Assembly (NCBI GenBank): GCA_036376355.1
Contig: DASVAL010000017.1
Span: forward strand, 7,800-71,799
DNA from: Planctomycetota bacterium
GTDB taxonomy: Bacteria > Planctomycetota > UBA1135 > UBA2386
Direction of reading: 5' to 3'
DNA length: 64,000 nt
Positions within the stretch are counted from its first letter, which is position 1. The number at the start of each line of letters is the position of its first letter. This document shows, piece after piece, positions 8,155-17,091 of the stretch. The notes below the pieces were generated by a model. That model was not told the origin of the DNA. It ran no database searches and saw only the letters and a list, made by a program, of their open reading frames with translations. The translations under genes were made by a program, and so were the position numbers.

Positions 8155-9066
8155 GTGGTCGCTGCCCAGAAACTCGTTCGTCTGTATCGCTGCCTGGTCG
8201 GTCTCTGTCTCCTGCTGCTGATCGGTGGCGCGCCGTGCGCGCAGGAGGAGGTCGACATCAAGTTCGTCCATCCCGAGAAGTTCGAACGCGCGACGAAGAC
8301 CGACGACAAGGGCATGGTGCTGTGGGCCGAGCACGCCAAACAGGAATGCCCGACTTGCTCGGGCACCTGCAAGACGAAGTGCTCGACGTGCGCCCGGTTC
8401 TCCGAGGACGCGACGAACTGCATCGAGTGCAAGCGCTCCAAGGAGCGTGAGGTGCCGTGCCGCGCTTGTGCCGGCACCGGTTCGTTCCCCGATCCGCTCG
8501 AGAAGGTGCACTGCCCTGGTTGTCGCGCGGCCGGGTTCCTGCTCTGCATGCTCTGTGGCGGCGGCGGCCGTCTGCGGATCGACAAGGCCAAGCAGTGGAG
8601 CGCCTGTCCGGGCTGCCGCGGCGACGGCGGCTTCAAGTGCACCGTCTGCAACGGCGATCGCCTCGTGGCGTGCATCGCGCTGAAGCCGTCGCTCAAGGAC
8701 GCGAATGCCGCGACGTTGACGAAGGCACTCGAAGCGACCGACAAGATGATGAAGGAGCTCGACGCGTTCACTCCGGCCGGTGGCGACAAGGTCCGCAAGG
8801 AGGTCAAGGCGATGGTCAAGATCTACGAGATCGCCCAGAAGGAGCACCCCGCGATCAAGAACACGATCAAGGCCCTGGAGGAGTTCATGAACAAGACCTA
8901 CGCCGGGACGCAGTTCCAGGGTCACGAGGAGAACGAGGCGAGCGCGATGAAGCTCGTGAAGGAGAGCACTTCCTACTACCTCAAGCATCAGAAGCGGATG
9001 ATGGAGCTCTGCCTGAAGCGAGCGGAAGCGAACGAGAAGCTCGCCGCGGACAGCAAGCCCAAGTGA
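8155..9066 (+). CDS. Secreted cysteine-rich protein with DnaJ-type CxxCxGxG zinc-finger repeats and a C-terminal helical domain
   Basis: GTG at 8155 lies 5 nt after GGAGG (8146-8150). It has a signal peptide (LVGLCLLLLIGGAPCAQE). The motifs CRACAGTG, CPGCRAAG, CMLCGGGG and CPGCRGDG are present, plus CPTC, CSTC, CIEC and CTVC. Confidence 0.8.
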   Translation: MVAAQKLVRLYRCLVGLCLLLLIGGAPCAQEEVDIKFVHPEKFERATKTDDKGMVLWAEHAKQECPTCSGTCKTKCSTCARFSEDATNCIECKRSKEREVPCRACAGTGSFPDPLEKVHCPGCRAAGFLLCMLCGGGGRLRIDKAKQWSACPGCRGDGGFKCTVCNGDRLVACIALKPSLKDANAATLTKALEATDKMMKELDAFTPAGGDKVRKEVKAMVKIYEIAQKEHPAIKNTIKALEEFMNKTYAGTQFQGHEENEASAMKLVKESTSYYLKHQKRMMELCLKRAEANEKLAADSKPK

Positions 9067-9104
9067 CGCTGCCAGCACGTCGCCAGCCGCGTTAGGCTTG
9101 GGGC

Positions 9105-12077
9105 ATGCGATGGTGCTCCGTGTTTCCGCTCGCGCTGCGTCTTCCTGCTCTGGGTCTTCCTGCTCTGGGTCTTCCTGCTCTGGGTCTGTGCGCGTTGGGG
9201 CTGTCTGCGATGGGCCTGCGTGCGCAGGGCACCGTCAACGCTTCGTTGCTCGGACCACCCGTCGACGATGCAGCGGCTGCCGCGGCGCGCCGTTCGACGC
9301 CGGCGACCATCGTGCAGCAGGCGCGTGCCGCCGTGGTCTACGTGCTCGTCGAGGTCGACGGACAGCACGGCAAGTTCGCGATCGAACGCGCGAGCTCCGG
9401 GGTGCTCGTCGACAAGAGCGGTCTCGTGCTGACCTGGCATCACCTCGTGCAGGAGCTCCAGGATGCAGACGACAAGAAGCTGTTCGTGCAGCTCAACGAC
9501 GCCGAGAACACGCGCTTGCCCGCAGTCGTCGAGCACCGTGACGCGGCGACCGGACTCGCGCTGCTGCGGGTGAAGCCGCCGGAGGCGGGACTGTCGTTCG
9601 TCGAGCTCGGCCCGGACCGGCCACAGGCCGGCGAGCCCGTGCTCGTGGTCGCACGGCCCGCAGGCAAGGAGATGCTGGCCTTCGCCGGCGTCGCGAGTCC
9701 TGCTCTCGCGGCAGTCACGCTGCACGGTGCGAACGTCGCGGCGGCCGACCTGTTCATGACCGACTCGCGCAACGACGAGCGCTGCGACGGCGCGCCGGTG
9801 CTCGACGGCCAGGGCCGCCTGCTCGGGCTCTATGCGTCCGAGCACGTGCAGCGCGACATCAGCGAACCGTCGATCGAGGAGCTCAAGAAGCCGAGCTTCG
9901 GCCTCGCCGTGCCGGCCGGTCTGATCCGCAAGGCGTTCGCGAAGCAGTTCGCGGGCGCGAGTGCGGCGAACAAGACGCTCGCGGTGGCTCCGGCTGCGAC
10001 GGCATGCCAAACGGCAGCGGCCGTGCGGCGCATCGCGCCGTCGGTCGTGTCGGTCTGGTGCGGAGAAGGTGACTGGCCGCAGCCTTCCGGGGACGACCCC
10101 GGTGCCGTTCAGCGCCGCGAAGGTCTCGCGTCCGGCGTCGTGCTCGGCAAGAAGGGGCTCGTCGTCACGAACGCGCACGTCTGCACCTCGGACAAACCGC
10201 GGATCCGCACGGGTGATGGCAGGACGTTCGACGCACTCGTGGTCAAGCGGCACACGAACACGAACCTGGCCCTGCTGCAGGTCGCATTGCCTGCGGGCAC
10301 GACGCTCGCGGCGGCCGATTGCAATGCCGACGACGACGCGATCCTCGGCGAGATCGTGCTCGCCGTCGGCAATCCGGCCGGTGGCCCGGTAGTCGTCACG
10401 GTGGGCGTCGTGTCGGCGCGCCGCGATCGCGAAGGCGGCCGCGTCCAGGCCGACGCGAATCTCGGCAACCAGAACGGCGGCGGCGCGATCGTCGACGCGA
10501 CGGGGCGCCTGCTCGGCATCGGCGATGCGGGGCAGATCGATCCGCTCGAGGTCGCGTTCGCGATGCGAGGTGATCGCGTGTCGACCGAGACGAACCTGTC
10601 GACCTTCGTCGGCATCGGGCGCGTGCGCAAGGTGTTCGCGAGTGTGCTCGAGGAAGGTGCCGACCTGGCGGAGCCGATCCGCACGCCGGCCGCCGTCCCG
10701 GCGGCCGATCGCGCGCGGCGCGAGAGCCCGCTCGTGGCGATGGTCAAGAAGGCCGGCCCGGCGATGCTGAACATCTACCTCGAGCGCAACGTCGCGAGGC
10801 GCAAAGAGGACGATCCGTTCCCGCCCGACCCGAAGTGGGTTCCCATCAGCCTCGGCTCGGGCGTCATCATCGATCGCTCGGGTCTGGCACTCAGCAACTG
10901 GCACGTCGTCGACGAGGCGACGCGGCCCGATGGCTCGCCGGTGGACGACCACCAGGTCACCGCGCGCGTGTTCGGCGGCAAGGGCTACAAGGTCAAGGTG
11001 CTCAGCATCTCGCGCGAAGACGACCTGTCGCTGCTGCAGCTCGTGCTCGATCCCGGCGAGGAAGTGCAGGCCATCGAGCTCGGGAGCTCCGACGCGCTCG
11101 CGATCGGCGAGAACGTGGCCGCGATCGGCAACCCGCATGGCCAGGCCAACACGATCACGTTCGGCGTCGTGTCCGCCAAGGATCAGGAGCTGAAGGTGCG
11201 CCACCGCTGGGCCAAGCTCGAGAACCTGATCGAGACCGACGCGGCCATCAACGGCGGCAACAGCGGCGGTGCGTTGCTCGACATGAACGGCCGGCTCGTG
11301 GGGATCAACAGCGCGGGCGGCGGCACGTTCAACAACAAGGGCTACGCGATCGCCGTCGACCACGTGCGCAAGCAGGTGCTCGGGCTCTTGTTCGCGGCCT
11401 ACAAGCTGCGCAGCCCCGAGCTCGGCCTGCGCGTCATGGACGAAGGCGGCAAGGTGTTCGTGCTCGACGTCGACGACCGCGGCCCCGCGGCACGCGCCGG
11501 CGTGAAGCCCGGTGACCGCGTGGTGTCGCTCGGCGGCGTGCCGATCACGTGGAGCCCCGGCTTCGCGATGGAGCTCGCCAAGCGCCAACCCGGCGTCGAG
11601 CTCGAGCTGAGCGTCGATCGCGGCGGCACCCCGAACACGTTCAGGATCGCGCCGCTGGCTCCCGAGGTCTGGTCGGTGATCCGGCAGTCGGGCCTGCAGT
11701 GCCGCAACTTCGCCTACGCCGAGGATCCCGAGCGGTCGCGCGCCGTGGCGATCGGTCTGCACCGCAAGTTCACGGGTGACGCGACCGGGGAACCGACGCA
11801 GATCCCCGAGCAGGTCGTCGTCGTCGACAAGGTGTTCGCGGGCGAACAACCCGAGTCTGCCGACATCGCTGCCGGCGACTTCATCCTCGCGGTCGAGCTG
11901 ATCAGCCGCGAAGGCGGCAACCCGGTGCTGCTGCGTCTTGCCGACGTCGGAGCGCTGCGCACGATCTGGAACGAGCGTGAGCTCGGTTCCTACGAAGGTG
12001 AGCTCTGGCAGTGCTGGGTCGCGCGCGGCAGCGACGTGCGCAAGGTCGAGATCAAGAGCCGGCGCCTGTTCTGGTAG
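9105..12077 (+). CDS. Secreted multidomain trypsin-like (S1C/HtrA-like) protease: three protease-fold modules plus two PDZ-like domains
   Basis: Three repeats of the His...Asp...nucleophile pattern are seen. Module 1: TWHHLV / GLALLRV / ERCDGAPVLD. Module 2: TNAHVC / NLALLQV / GNQNGGGAIVD. Module 3: SNWHVV / DLSLLQL / INGGNSGGALLD. PDZ-like segments follow (GVKPGDRVVSLGG and AAGDFILAVE). Confidence 0.85.
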   Translation: MRWCSVFPLALRLPALGLPALGLPALGLCALGLSAMGLRAQGTVNASLLGPPVDDAAAAAARRSTPATIVQQARAAVVYVLVEVDGQHGKFAIERASSGVLVDKSGLVLTWHHLVQELQDADDKKLFVQLNDAENTRLPAVVEHRDAATGLALLRVKPPEAGLSFVELGPDRPQAGEPVLVVARPAGKEMLAFAGVASPALAAVTLHGANVAAADLFMTDSRNDERCDGAPVLDGQGRLLGLYASEHVQRDISEPSIEELKKPSFGLAVPAGLIRKAFAKQFAGASAANKTLAVAPAATACQTAAAVRRIAPSVVSVWCGEGDWPQPSGDDPGAVQRREGLASGVVLGKKGLVVTNAHVCTSDKPRIRTGDGRTFDALVVKRHTNTNLALLQVALPAGTTLAAADCNADDDAILGEIVLAVGNPAGGPVVVTVGVVSARRDREGGRVQADANLGNQNGGGAIVDATGRLLGIGDAGQIDPLEVAFAMRGDRVSTETNLSTFVGIGRVRKVFASVLEEGADLAEPIRTPAAVPAADRARRESPLVAMVKKAGPAMLNIYLERNVARRKEDDPFPPDPKWVPISLGSGVIIDRSGLALSNWHVVDEATRPDGSPVDDHQVTARVFGGKGYKVKVLSISREDDLSLLQLVLDPGEEVQAIELGSSDALAIGENVAAIGNPHGQANTITFGVVSAKDQELKVRHRWAKLENLIETDAAINGGNSGGALLDMNGRLVGINSAGGGTFNNKGYAIAVDHVRKQVLGLLFAAYKLRSPELGLRVMDEGGKVFVLDVDDRGPAARAGVKPGDRVVSLGGVPITWSPGFAMELAKRQPGVELELSVDRGGTPNTFRIAPLAPEVWSVIRQSGLQCRNFAYAEDPERSRAVAIGLHRKFTGDATGEPTQIPEQVVVVDKVFAGEQPESADIAAGDFILAVELISREGGNPVLLRLADVGALRTIWNERELGSYEGELWQCWVARGSDVRKVEIKSRRLFW
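9141..9185 (+). repeat. Perfect 15-bp tandem repeat x3 (cttcctgctctgggt) encoding LPALG x3 inside the signal-peptide region, followed by three degenerate copies up to about 9230
   Basis: Read directly from the DNA: copies at 9141-9155, 9156-9170 and 9171-9185 are identical. The next units encode LCALG, LSAMG and LRAQG. Confidence 0.9.
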
Positions 12078-12108
12078 GAGTCACGGCTGGTGGACGTCAC
12101 GGCAGGCG

Positions 12109-14367
12109 TCACTTCGCCGAGAAGCCGCCGCGCAGCGTCTGCTGCTGGTCGCCCGACATCCAGCTCCAGACGAAGCTGATCTTGCCCTTCGGCAGCGGAT
12201 CGAGCGGCCAGAACGTCACCATGCCGGGCGCCGTCGTCGTGCGCACGGAGCCGTCGTCGTAGTCGAGCACACCCTCGACCTTCTCACCCTTCGGCCCTTG
12301 CACGTTGCAGGTCAGCGAGCCGCGGGCCTCGATGCCGCCCGTGCTGCCGAAGTGCAGCGTCAGCGGGAAGCCGATCGACTTCTTGCCTTGGCGCCCGCTC
12401 TTCTCGAGCAGCGCCTCTGCCTCGGGCCCGAGCTCGGCGACCGCGACCTCGCCATCGAAGATGAGCCCCGTGTCGTTGCGCGGCGGATAGCAGTCGACGC
12501 CGGTGCTCGCGTGCGGCTTGCCGATGCCGCTCGTGGCGTTGATCACGAGCAGGTCGCCGTCGAGGTACATGCCGACCGACAGGATCGTGTGGCTCATCAA
12601 GGCGTCGCGATAGCCGGGCAGGTAGACCCACTTCTCGAAGATCTTCTTCGCGGAGCTGATGTTCGCGCCGTCCTGCACGACGGCCATCTGCGCGAACAGG
12701 CTGCCGATGTAGCTGCCGCCGAGCTCGACCGATTGCGTGTGCATCGAAGCGGGGTCGCGCAGGTCCTTGTTCTTCTTCAGGTACTCGGCGTGGTCCTTGC
12801 AGCGCGCCGAGTAGTTCGCGGACCACGTGACCGGCGTCTTGCCGTAGGTCTTGCGCGCCGCATTGAACGCCTCGAGCCACTTGTCGACGCCCTTGCTGAT
12901 CGCGCTCAGCGGCGGCGTGTTGTTCTGGATCGCCTTGAGCACCGGAGAGGCCCCGGTCCAGAAGTCCTCCCATTCCTTGTCGAGCTGGGCGATCGTGACG
13001 TCGGGGTGCTTCTCGGTGAAGCCCTTCTCGAATGCCTCGGTCTGTCCCTTCTTGAGCTTCTGCGCGATCTGATCCATCGTGCGCAGCATCTCGGGGCTGC
13101 GGCGCATCATGTAGTCGCAGAACGACCACGCCTTGATGCGCTCCTCGTTCGTGAACGCCGCGGTCTCGCAGAACGGCAGCTTGTTGGCCGGAATACCGCC
13201 GGTGCTCTTCCAGGCCATCTCGAGGCTCAGGTTCTTCCAGATGTCGAAGTCCGGCGACGTGTACTCGCGATCCTCTTCGCTCGCGACCGTGCCCTGCTGC
13301 TTCTTGAGGTCGACCGAGAACAGCCGGTTGTTGTTGAAGATCATGCCGACGAAGGTGTGCCCGATGCCTTCGTTGTAGCCGTCGCTGCGAAGGCCCGAGT
13401 ACGGGCGCGCGACGTTGCGCACGCACGCGTCGAACAGGACCTGCTTGCCGCTCGTGGCGGCGACGACCGTGTTGCCGATGCCCGACGTCGTCGAGTGCTC
13501 GAGCTTCCACTCGAGGTCCGGCACCTTGTTGGCCTTCAGGATCTGCTGGTAGGTCTCCTTGGCCGTGAAGAAGGCCCAGTCAGTCGGCCACTTCTCGACC
13601 TTGACCTCCCACGGGAACGCGACCTGGCAGACGCGCAGCGTGCGTTCGGCCCACCTGAGCGCCTCGAGCAGGTTCTCCTCCTCGGCGGCGTCTCCGTGCA
13701 GCGTGAAGTGCTCGGACTGCACCGTGATGTAGCTGATCTGTGCCGCGTCGACGGGCGCGCACGTGATGCCACTGGCCTTCTTGACCTCGTAGGCGACCTT
13801 CGACTGCTCCTCGACGGCCTTCTCGATCATCTTGCTGCGGTCGTAGAGCGTCTTCTCGAGATCGGTGCCCGTGACGCCGCCGATCTCGAAGTGCGCGAGC
13901 GCCTTCTGCGCCTGTTCGTCGCCGTCGACCCACCGCAGTACCATCGCCCAGTGCTTGTCGGCGCGCGCCTTGTTGCCGGCCTTGCTCCACTTCTCGGCCT
14001 GCTGCCGGTGCTGGTTCGCGAGGTCCTTCTTCATCGCCTCGTGGCTCTTCTGCAGCGGCTGTCCCTCGGCGCCGCTGCCGGTGTCCGCCGTCGGGTACGG
14101 GCGCCGCGGGTCCGGGTTCCAGCTCGAGCCGACCTTCGTGTAGCCGAGTGCGGTCCACGCCTCGGTGTTCTCGGGGTCGTAGAGCTTGATCACCTGCAAC
14201 CAGACGATCTTCGCGGAGCGCGGGAACCCTTTGTCGAAGGCCTTCTTCGCGAACGCGTTCAGCGTCTTGGCCTGGCGTGTGCTGAATTCGACTTCTTCGT
14301 TCTGCGCGGCGGAAGCGGCGGCGAGCGACAGAACGCACAATGCGGTCGGGAACGGACGTGGGATCAT
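12109..14367 (-). CDS. Large secreted protein with a C-terminal CAP/SCP (PR-1-like) domain
   Basis: ATG at 14367. It has a signal peptide (MIPRPFPTALCVLSLAAASAAQ). The composition is Lys/Trp-rich and globular. The segment FNAARKTYGKTPVTWSANYSARCKDHAEYLKKNK...HTQ...YRDALMSH resembles bacterial CAP domains, based on alignment by eye. Confidence 0.7.
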   Translation of the reverse strand: MIPRPFPTALCVLSLAAASAAQNEEVEFSTRQAKTLNAFAKKAFDKGFPRSAKIVWLQVIKLYDPENTEAWTALGYTKVGSSWNPDPRRPYPTADTGSGAEGQPLQKSHEAMKKDLANQHRQQAEKWSKAGNKARADKHWAMVLRWVDGDEQAQKALAHFEIGGVTGTDLEKTLYDRSKMIEKAVEEQSKVAYEVKKASGITCAPVDAAQISYITVQSEHFTLHGDAAEEENLLEALRWAERTLRVCQVAFPWEVKVEKWPTDWAFFTAKETYQQILKANKVPDLEWKLEHSTTSGIGNTVVAATSGKQVLFDACVRNVARPYSGLRSDGYNEGIGHTFVGMIFNNNRLFSVDLKKQQGTVASEEDREYTSPDFDIWKNLSLEMAWKSTGGIPANKLPFCETAAFTNEERIKAWSFCDYMMRRSPEMLRTMDQIAQKLKKGQTEAFEKGFTEKHPDVTIAQLDKEWEDFWTGASPVLKAIQNNTPPLSAISKGVDKWLEAFNAARKTYGKTPVTWSANYSARCKDHAEYLKKNKDLRDPASMHTQSVELGGSYIGSLFAQMAVVQDGANISSAKKIFEKWVYLPGYRDALMSHTILSVGMYLDGDLLVINATSGIGKPHASTGVDCYPPRNDTGLIFDGEVAVAELGPEAEALLEKSGRQGKKSIGFPLTLHFGSTGGIEARGSLTCNVQGPKGEKVEGVLDYDDGSVRTTTAPGMVTFWPLDPLPKGKISFVWSWMSGDQQQTLRGGFSAK

Positions 14368-14541
14368 CGCGGTGGACTGTTGCGGTGGCGGTTGTGGGCC
14401 GGGCAGTCTAGCGGGCCTGGCGCGAAGGCGCATCGGCGGGGCGCTGCGGCTTCATTCCGTTTGGTCGGAAGGGGGCAACACGCCATACTGCTTCGCCCTC
14501 ACAGTCGGCACTGACGGCCCTCAGAGGACACTCGCACACGG

Positions 14542-15660
14542 ATGAGCAAGGTCTACGACATCGGCGTTCTCCCTGGCGACGGCATCGGCACCGAGGTCGT
14601 CGACGAGGCCCTGAAGGTCCTCGACGCGCTGCAGTCCCTCTTCGGTTTCCAGACGAAGCGCGAGCACCTTCCGTACGGGGCCGAGCACTTCCTGAAGACC
14701 GGCGAGACGATGCCCGACGCGGCGTTCGACCGCATCCGCCAGATGCACGCCGTGCTGTTCGGCGCGATCGGCGATCCGCGCATCGAGGTCGGCAAGCTCG
14801 AGTTCGCGATCATCGCGGGCATGCGGCACCGGCTCGACCTCTACGTGAACCTGCGCCCCGTCAAGCTCTACCACGAGTCCCTGTGCCCGCTGAAGGGCAA
14901 GACGCCGGCCGACATCGACATCCTGTTCCTGCGCGAGAACACCGAGGATGCCTACGCCGGCATCCACGGCTTCACGAAGAAGGGCACCGAGCACGAGATC
15001 GCGATGCAGGAGATGCTCTACACGCGTCGCTGCACCGAGCGCATCATCCGCCACGCGTTCGAGCTCGCGCAAAAGCGCGGCCCGAAACCCGGCGCCGACA
15101 AGCCGCAGGTCACGCTGATCGACAAGGCGAACGCCGTGCGCGCGCAGGATCTCTGGACGCGCACGTTCGCCGACGTCGCGCGCGAGTATCCGGGCGTCAA
15201 GACCGACCACGCCTACATCGACGCGGCGTGCATGTGGATGATCAAGAACCCCGAGTGGTTCGACGTCGCGGTCACGACGAACCTGTTCGGCGACATCATC
15301 ACGGACCTCGGCGCGATGCTGATCGGCGGCATGGGCATCGCTGCCTCGGGCAACATCCACCCGGGCAAGGTGTCGATGTTCGAGGGCAGCCACGGTTCTG
15401 CGCCCAAGTACAAGGGCACGGACAAAGCGAGCCCGCTCGCGACGATCCTCGCGATGGCTCTCATGCTCGATCACATCGGCGAGGCCGAAGCGGGCCGCAC
15501 GCTCGAGGCGACCGTCGCGCGGCTGATCCAGGCGGGCCGCATCCGCAGCCTGAAGGCCGGCGACCATCGCTGCAGCGAGCTCGGCAGCATGGTGCGCGAC
15601 GCGCTGCTCGAGTCAGCTACCGAAGGTGCCGGTGGCAAGCAACGGCGCCGAGGTGGCTGA
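14542..15660 (+). CDS. Isocitrate/isopropylmalate dehydrogenase family enzyme (3-isopropylmalate / tartrate dehydrogenase-like)
   Basis: Family motifs are present: IGVLPGDGIGTEV, LFGAIGDP, YVNLRPVK, LRENTEDAY, NLFGDIITDLGA and SMFEGSHGSAPKY. No leuCD genes are adjacent. Confidence 0.85.
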   Translation: MSKVYDIGVLPGDGIGTEVVDEALKVLDALQSLFGFQTKREHLPYGAEHFLKTGETMPDAAFDRIRQMHAVLFGAIGDPRIEVGKLEFAIIAGMRHRLDLYVNLRPVKLYHESLCPLKGKTPADIDILFLRENTEDAYAGIHGFTKKGTEHEIAMQEMLYTRRCTERIIRHAFELAQKRGPKPGADKPQVTLIDKANAVRAQDLWTRTFADVAREYPGVKTDHAYIDAACMWMIKNPEWFDVAVTTNLFGDIITDLGAMLIGGMGIAASGNIHPGKVSMFEGSHGSAPKYKGTDKASPLATILAMALMLDHIGEAEAGRTLEATVARLIQAGRIRSLKAGDHRCSELGSMVRDALLESATEGAGGKQRRRGG

Positions 15661-16048
15661 CGCGCAAACGCGCGCGCGTGCGTCGCCAGCTAGACCCGCG
15701 GTGGATCCGTCGGGATCCGCCACGGCGGCGCCGGTGGCAGCGAGCGGTCCTCGCGCACGTGGCTGGCGTCTGGAGGCGCTGCCGATGGCTTCGGTGGCCT
15801 TCGGCGAGGTGGTGCTTGTTCGGGCAGTGGGAAAGGAGCTTCGTGTTCATCGTGCGCCATGGAGTTGTGCCTTCGGTGGTTGCCAAGGGCAGTGGTGCAG
15901 CGGGGGCCAAATGCGGGCTCCGCGTTGCGGGCGCGACCAAAGCGTTACGTGGGGGACATTGGCACGTCCGCGTAACGGGCGCCTATCGTGCTCGGGCTTT
16001 GTTCATCCCCGCCCGAACACGCGAACCCGCACAGTCTCGAGGAAGACC

Positions 16049-16981
16049 ATGAAGATCCGTACCGCAACCGCATTGCTCGCCCTGATGCTGCCACTGGCTG
16101 CACAGGATCCCGCCGCCGCCAATGAGGCGATTTTCTACAAGGCCTTCTACCTCGAGAAGGGAGCGCGCGACCGCGAGAACGCGAGTGTCCTCTACGAGCA
16201 GTTCCTGAATGCCGCGCCGGATCACAAGCTGGCCAAGGAGGCCGCGACGCTTCAGTACCACCTGCTCGGCCAGATGGGCAAGACGAAGGAGCAGGGCGCG
16301 TTCAAGACCAAGTACGAGAAGCTGCTCGGCAACGTCGCTCCGGCTCCGGCCGCGGGTGATCGGGGTGCCGGCGGCGGCGCGGACGCTCCACGCGGTGGAC
16401 GCGGTGACGGACAGGGTCGCGCTGCTGGTGGCGGCGACATGCAGGCGCGTATGGCCGAGCTCGAGAAGCAGCTCGCGAAGGCCAAGGAAGAGGGCAACGA
16501 CGAAGAAGTGAAGAAGCTCGAGGACCAGATCGCGCGCATGAAGCAGATGGCCGAGCGCGGTGGGCGCGGCGGTGCTGGCGCTGGTGGCCCGGGTGGCATG
16601 GGCCGCGGTGCCTTCGGAGTCCTTCGCGGCAACAAGAAGTACAGCGAGATGACCGACGAGGAGAAGACCCAACTGAAGGACGCCGTTGGCATGGCGCAGG
16701 GCATGGCCGACCGCCAGCGCGACAACGGCAACGAAGACGCCGCGAAGAAGATCGAAACGGCCACCGCGGACCTGAAGAAGGCACTCGAAGGCAACAAGCC
16801 CGAGGACATCCAGAAGGCTCTCGACGCGGTCCGTGCAGCGATGCCGGCGCGCGGTGGCCGTGGCGGTGGTGGTGGTGACGCCGGTGGCGGTGGCGGCAAC
16901 CGCGGTGGTGGCGGCGGTGGCGGCGGCAACAACGGCGGCGGGGGCGGCGGCAACAACGGTGGTGGTGGCGGCGGTCGCTGA
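16049..16981 (+). CDS. Secreted protein with a short helical N-domain, coiled-coil Lys/Glu segments and RGG/poly-Gly low-complexity tracts
   Basis: ATG at 16049. It has a signal peptide (TATALLALMLPLAAQD). The C-terminus reads GGRGGGGGDAGGGGGNRGGGGGGGGNNGGGGGGNNGGGGGGR. The frame is consistent with the local GC3 bias. Confidence 0.65.
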   Translation: MKIRTATALLALMLPLAAQDPAAANEAIFYKAFYLEKGARDRENASVLYEQFLNAAPDHKLAKEAATLQYHLLGQMGKTKEQGAFKTKYEKLLGNVAPAPAAGDRGAGGGADAPRGGRGDGQGRAAGGGDMQARMAELEKQLAKAKEEGNDEEVKKLEDQIARMKQMAERGGRGGAGAGGPGGMGRGAFGVLRGNKKYSEMTDEEKTQLKDAVGMAQGMADRQRDNGNEDAAKKIETATADLKKALEGNKPEDIQKALDAVRAAMPARGGRGGGGGDAGGGGGNRGGGGGGGGNNGGGGGGNNGGGGGGR

Positions 16982-17091
16982 GCGACACCCCTTCCCCTGC
17001 TGACAGCAGCCGCGTGGGTCACACCACGCGGCTGTTTGCTTTTCCGGGCAGGTGCTTCCGCGCCAGGGAACCGCTCGCAACACTGCTGCCC

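Noticed and set aside
14542-15660. Naming the dehydrogenase leuB outright.
   Set aside because: The motifs fit both 3-isopropylmalate and tartrate/D-malate dehydrogenase subfamilies, and no leuC/leuD neighbours are present. A subfamily call needs a phylogeny or a profile search.
15958-15975. TTGGCACGTCCGCGTAAC upstream of the RGG-protein gene, considered as a sigma-54 -24/-12 promoter.
   Set aside because: The GG-to-GC spacing is wrong: GC falls at +10/11 instead of +12/13. There is also no TTGC element. The flanking CGTTACG...CGTAACG inverted repeat is noted but not interpretable.
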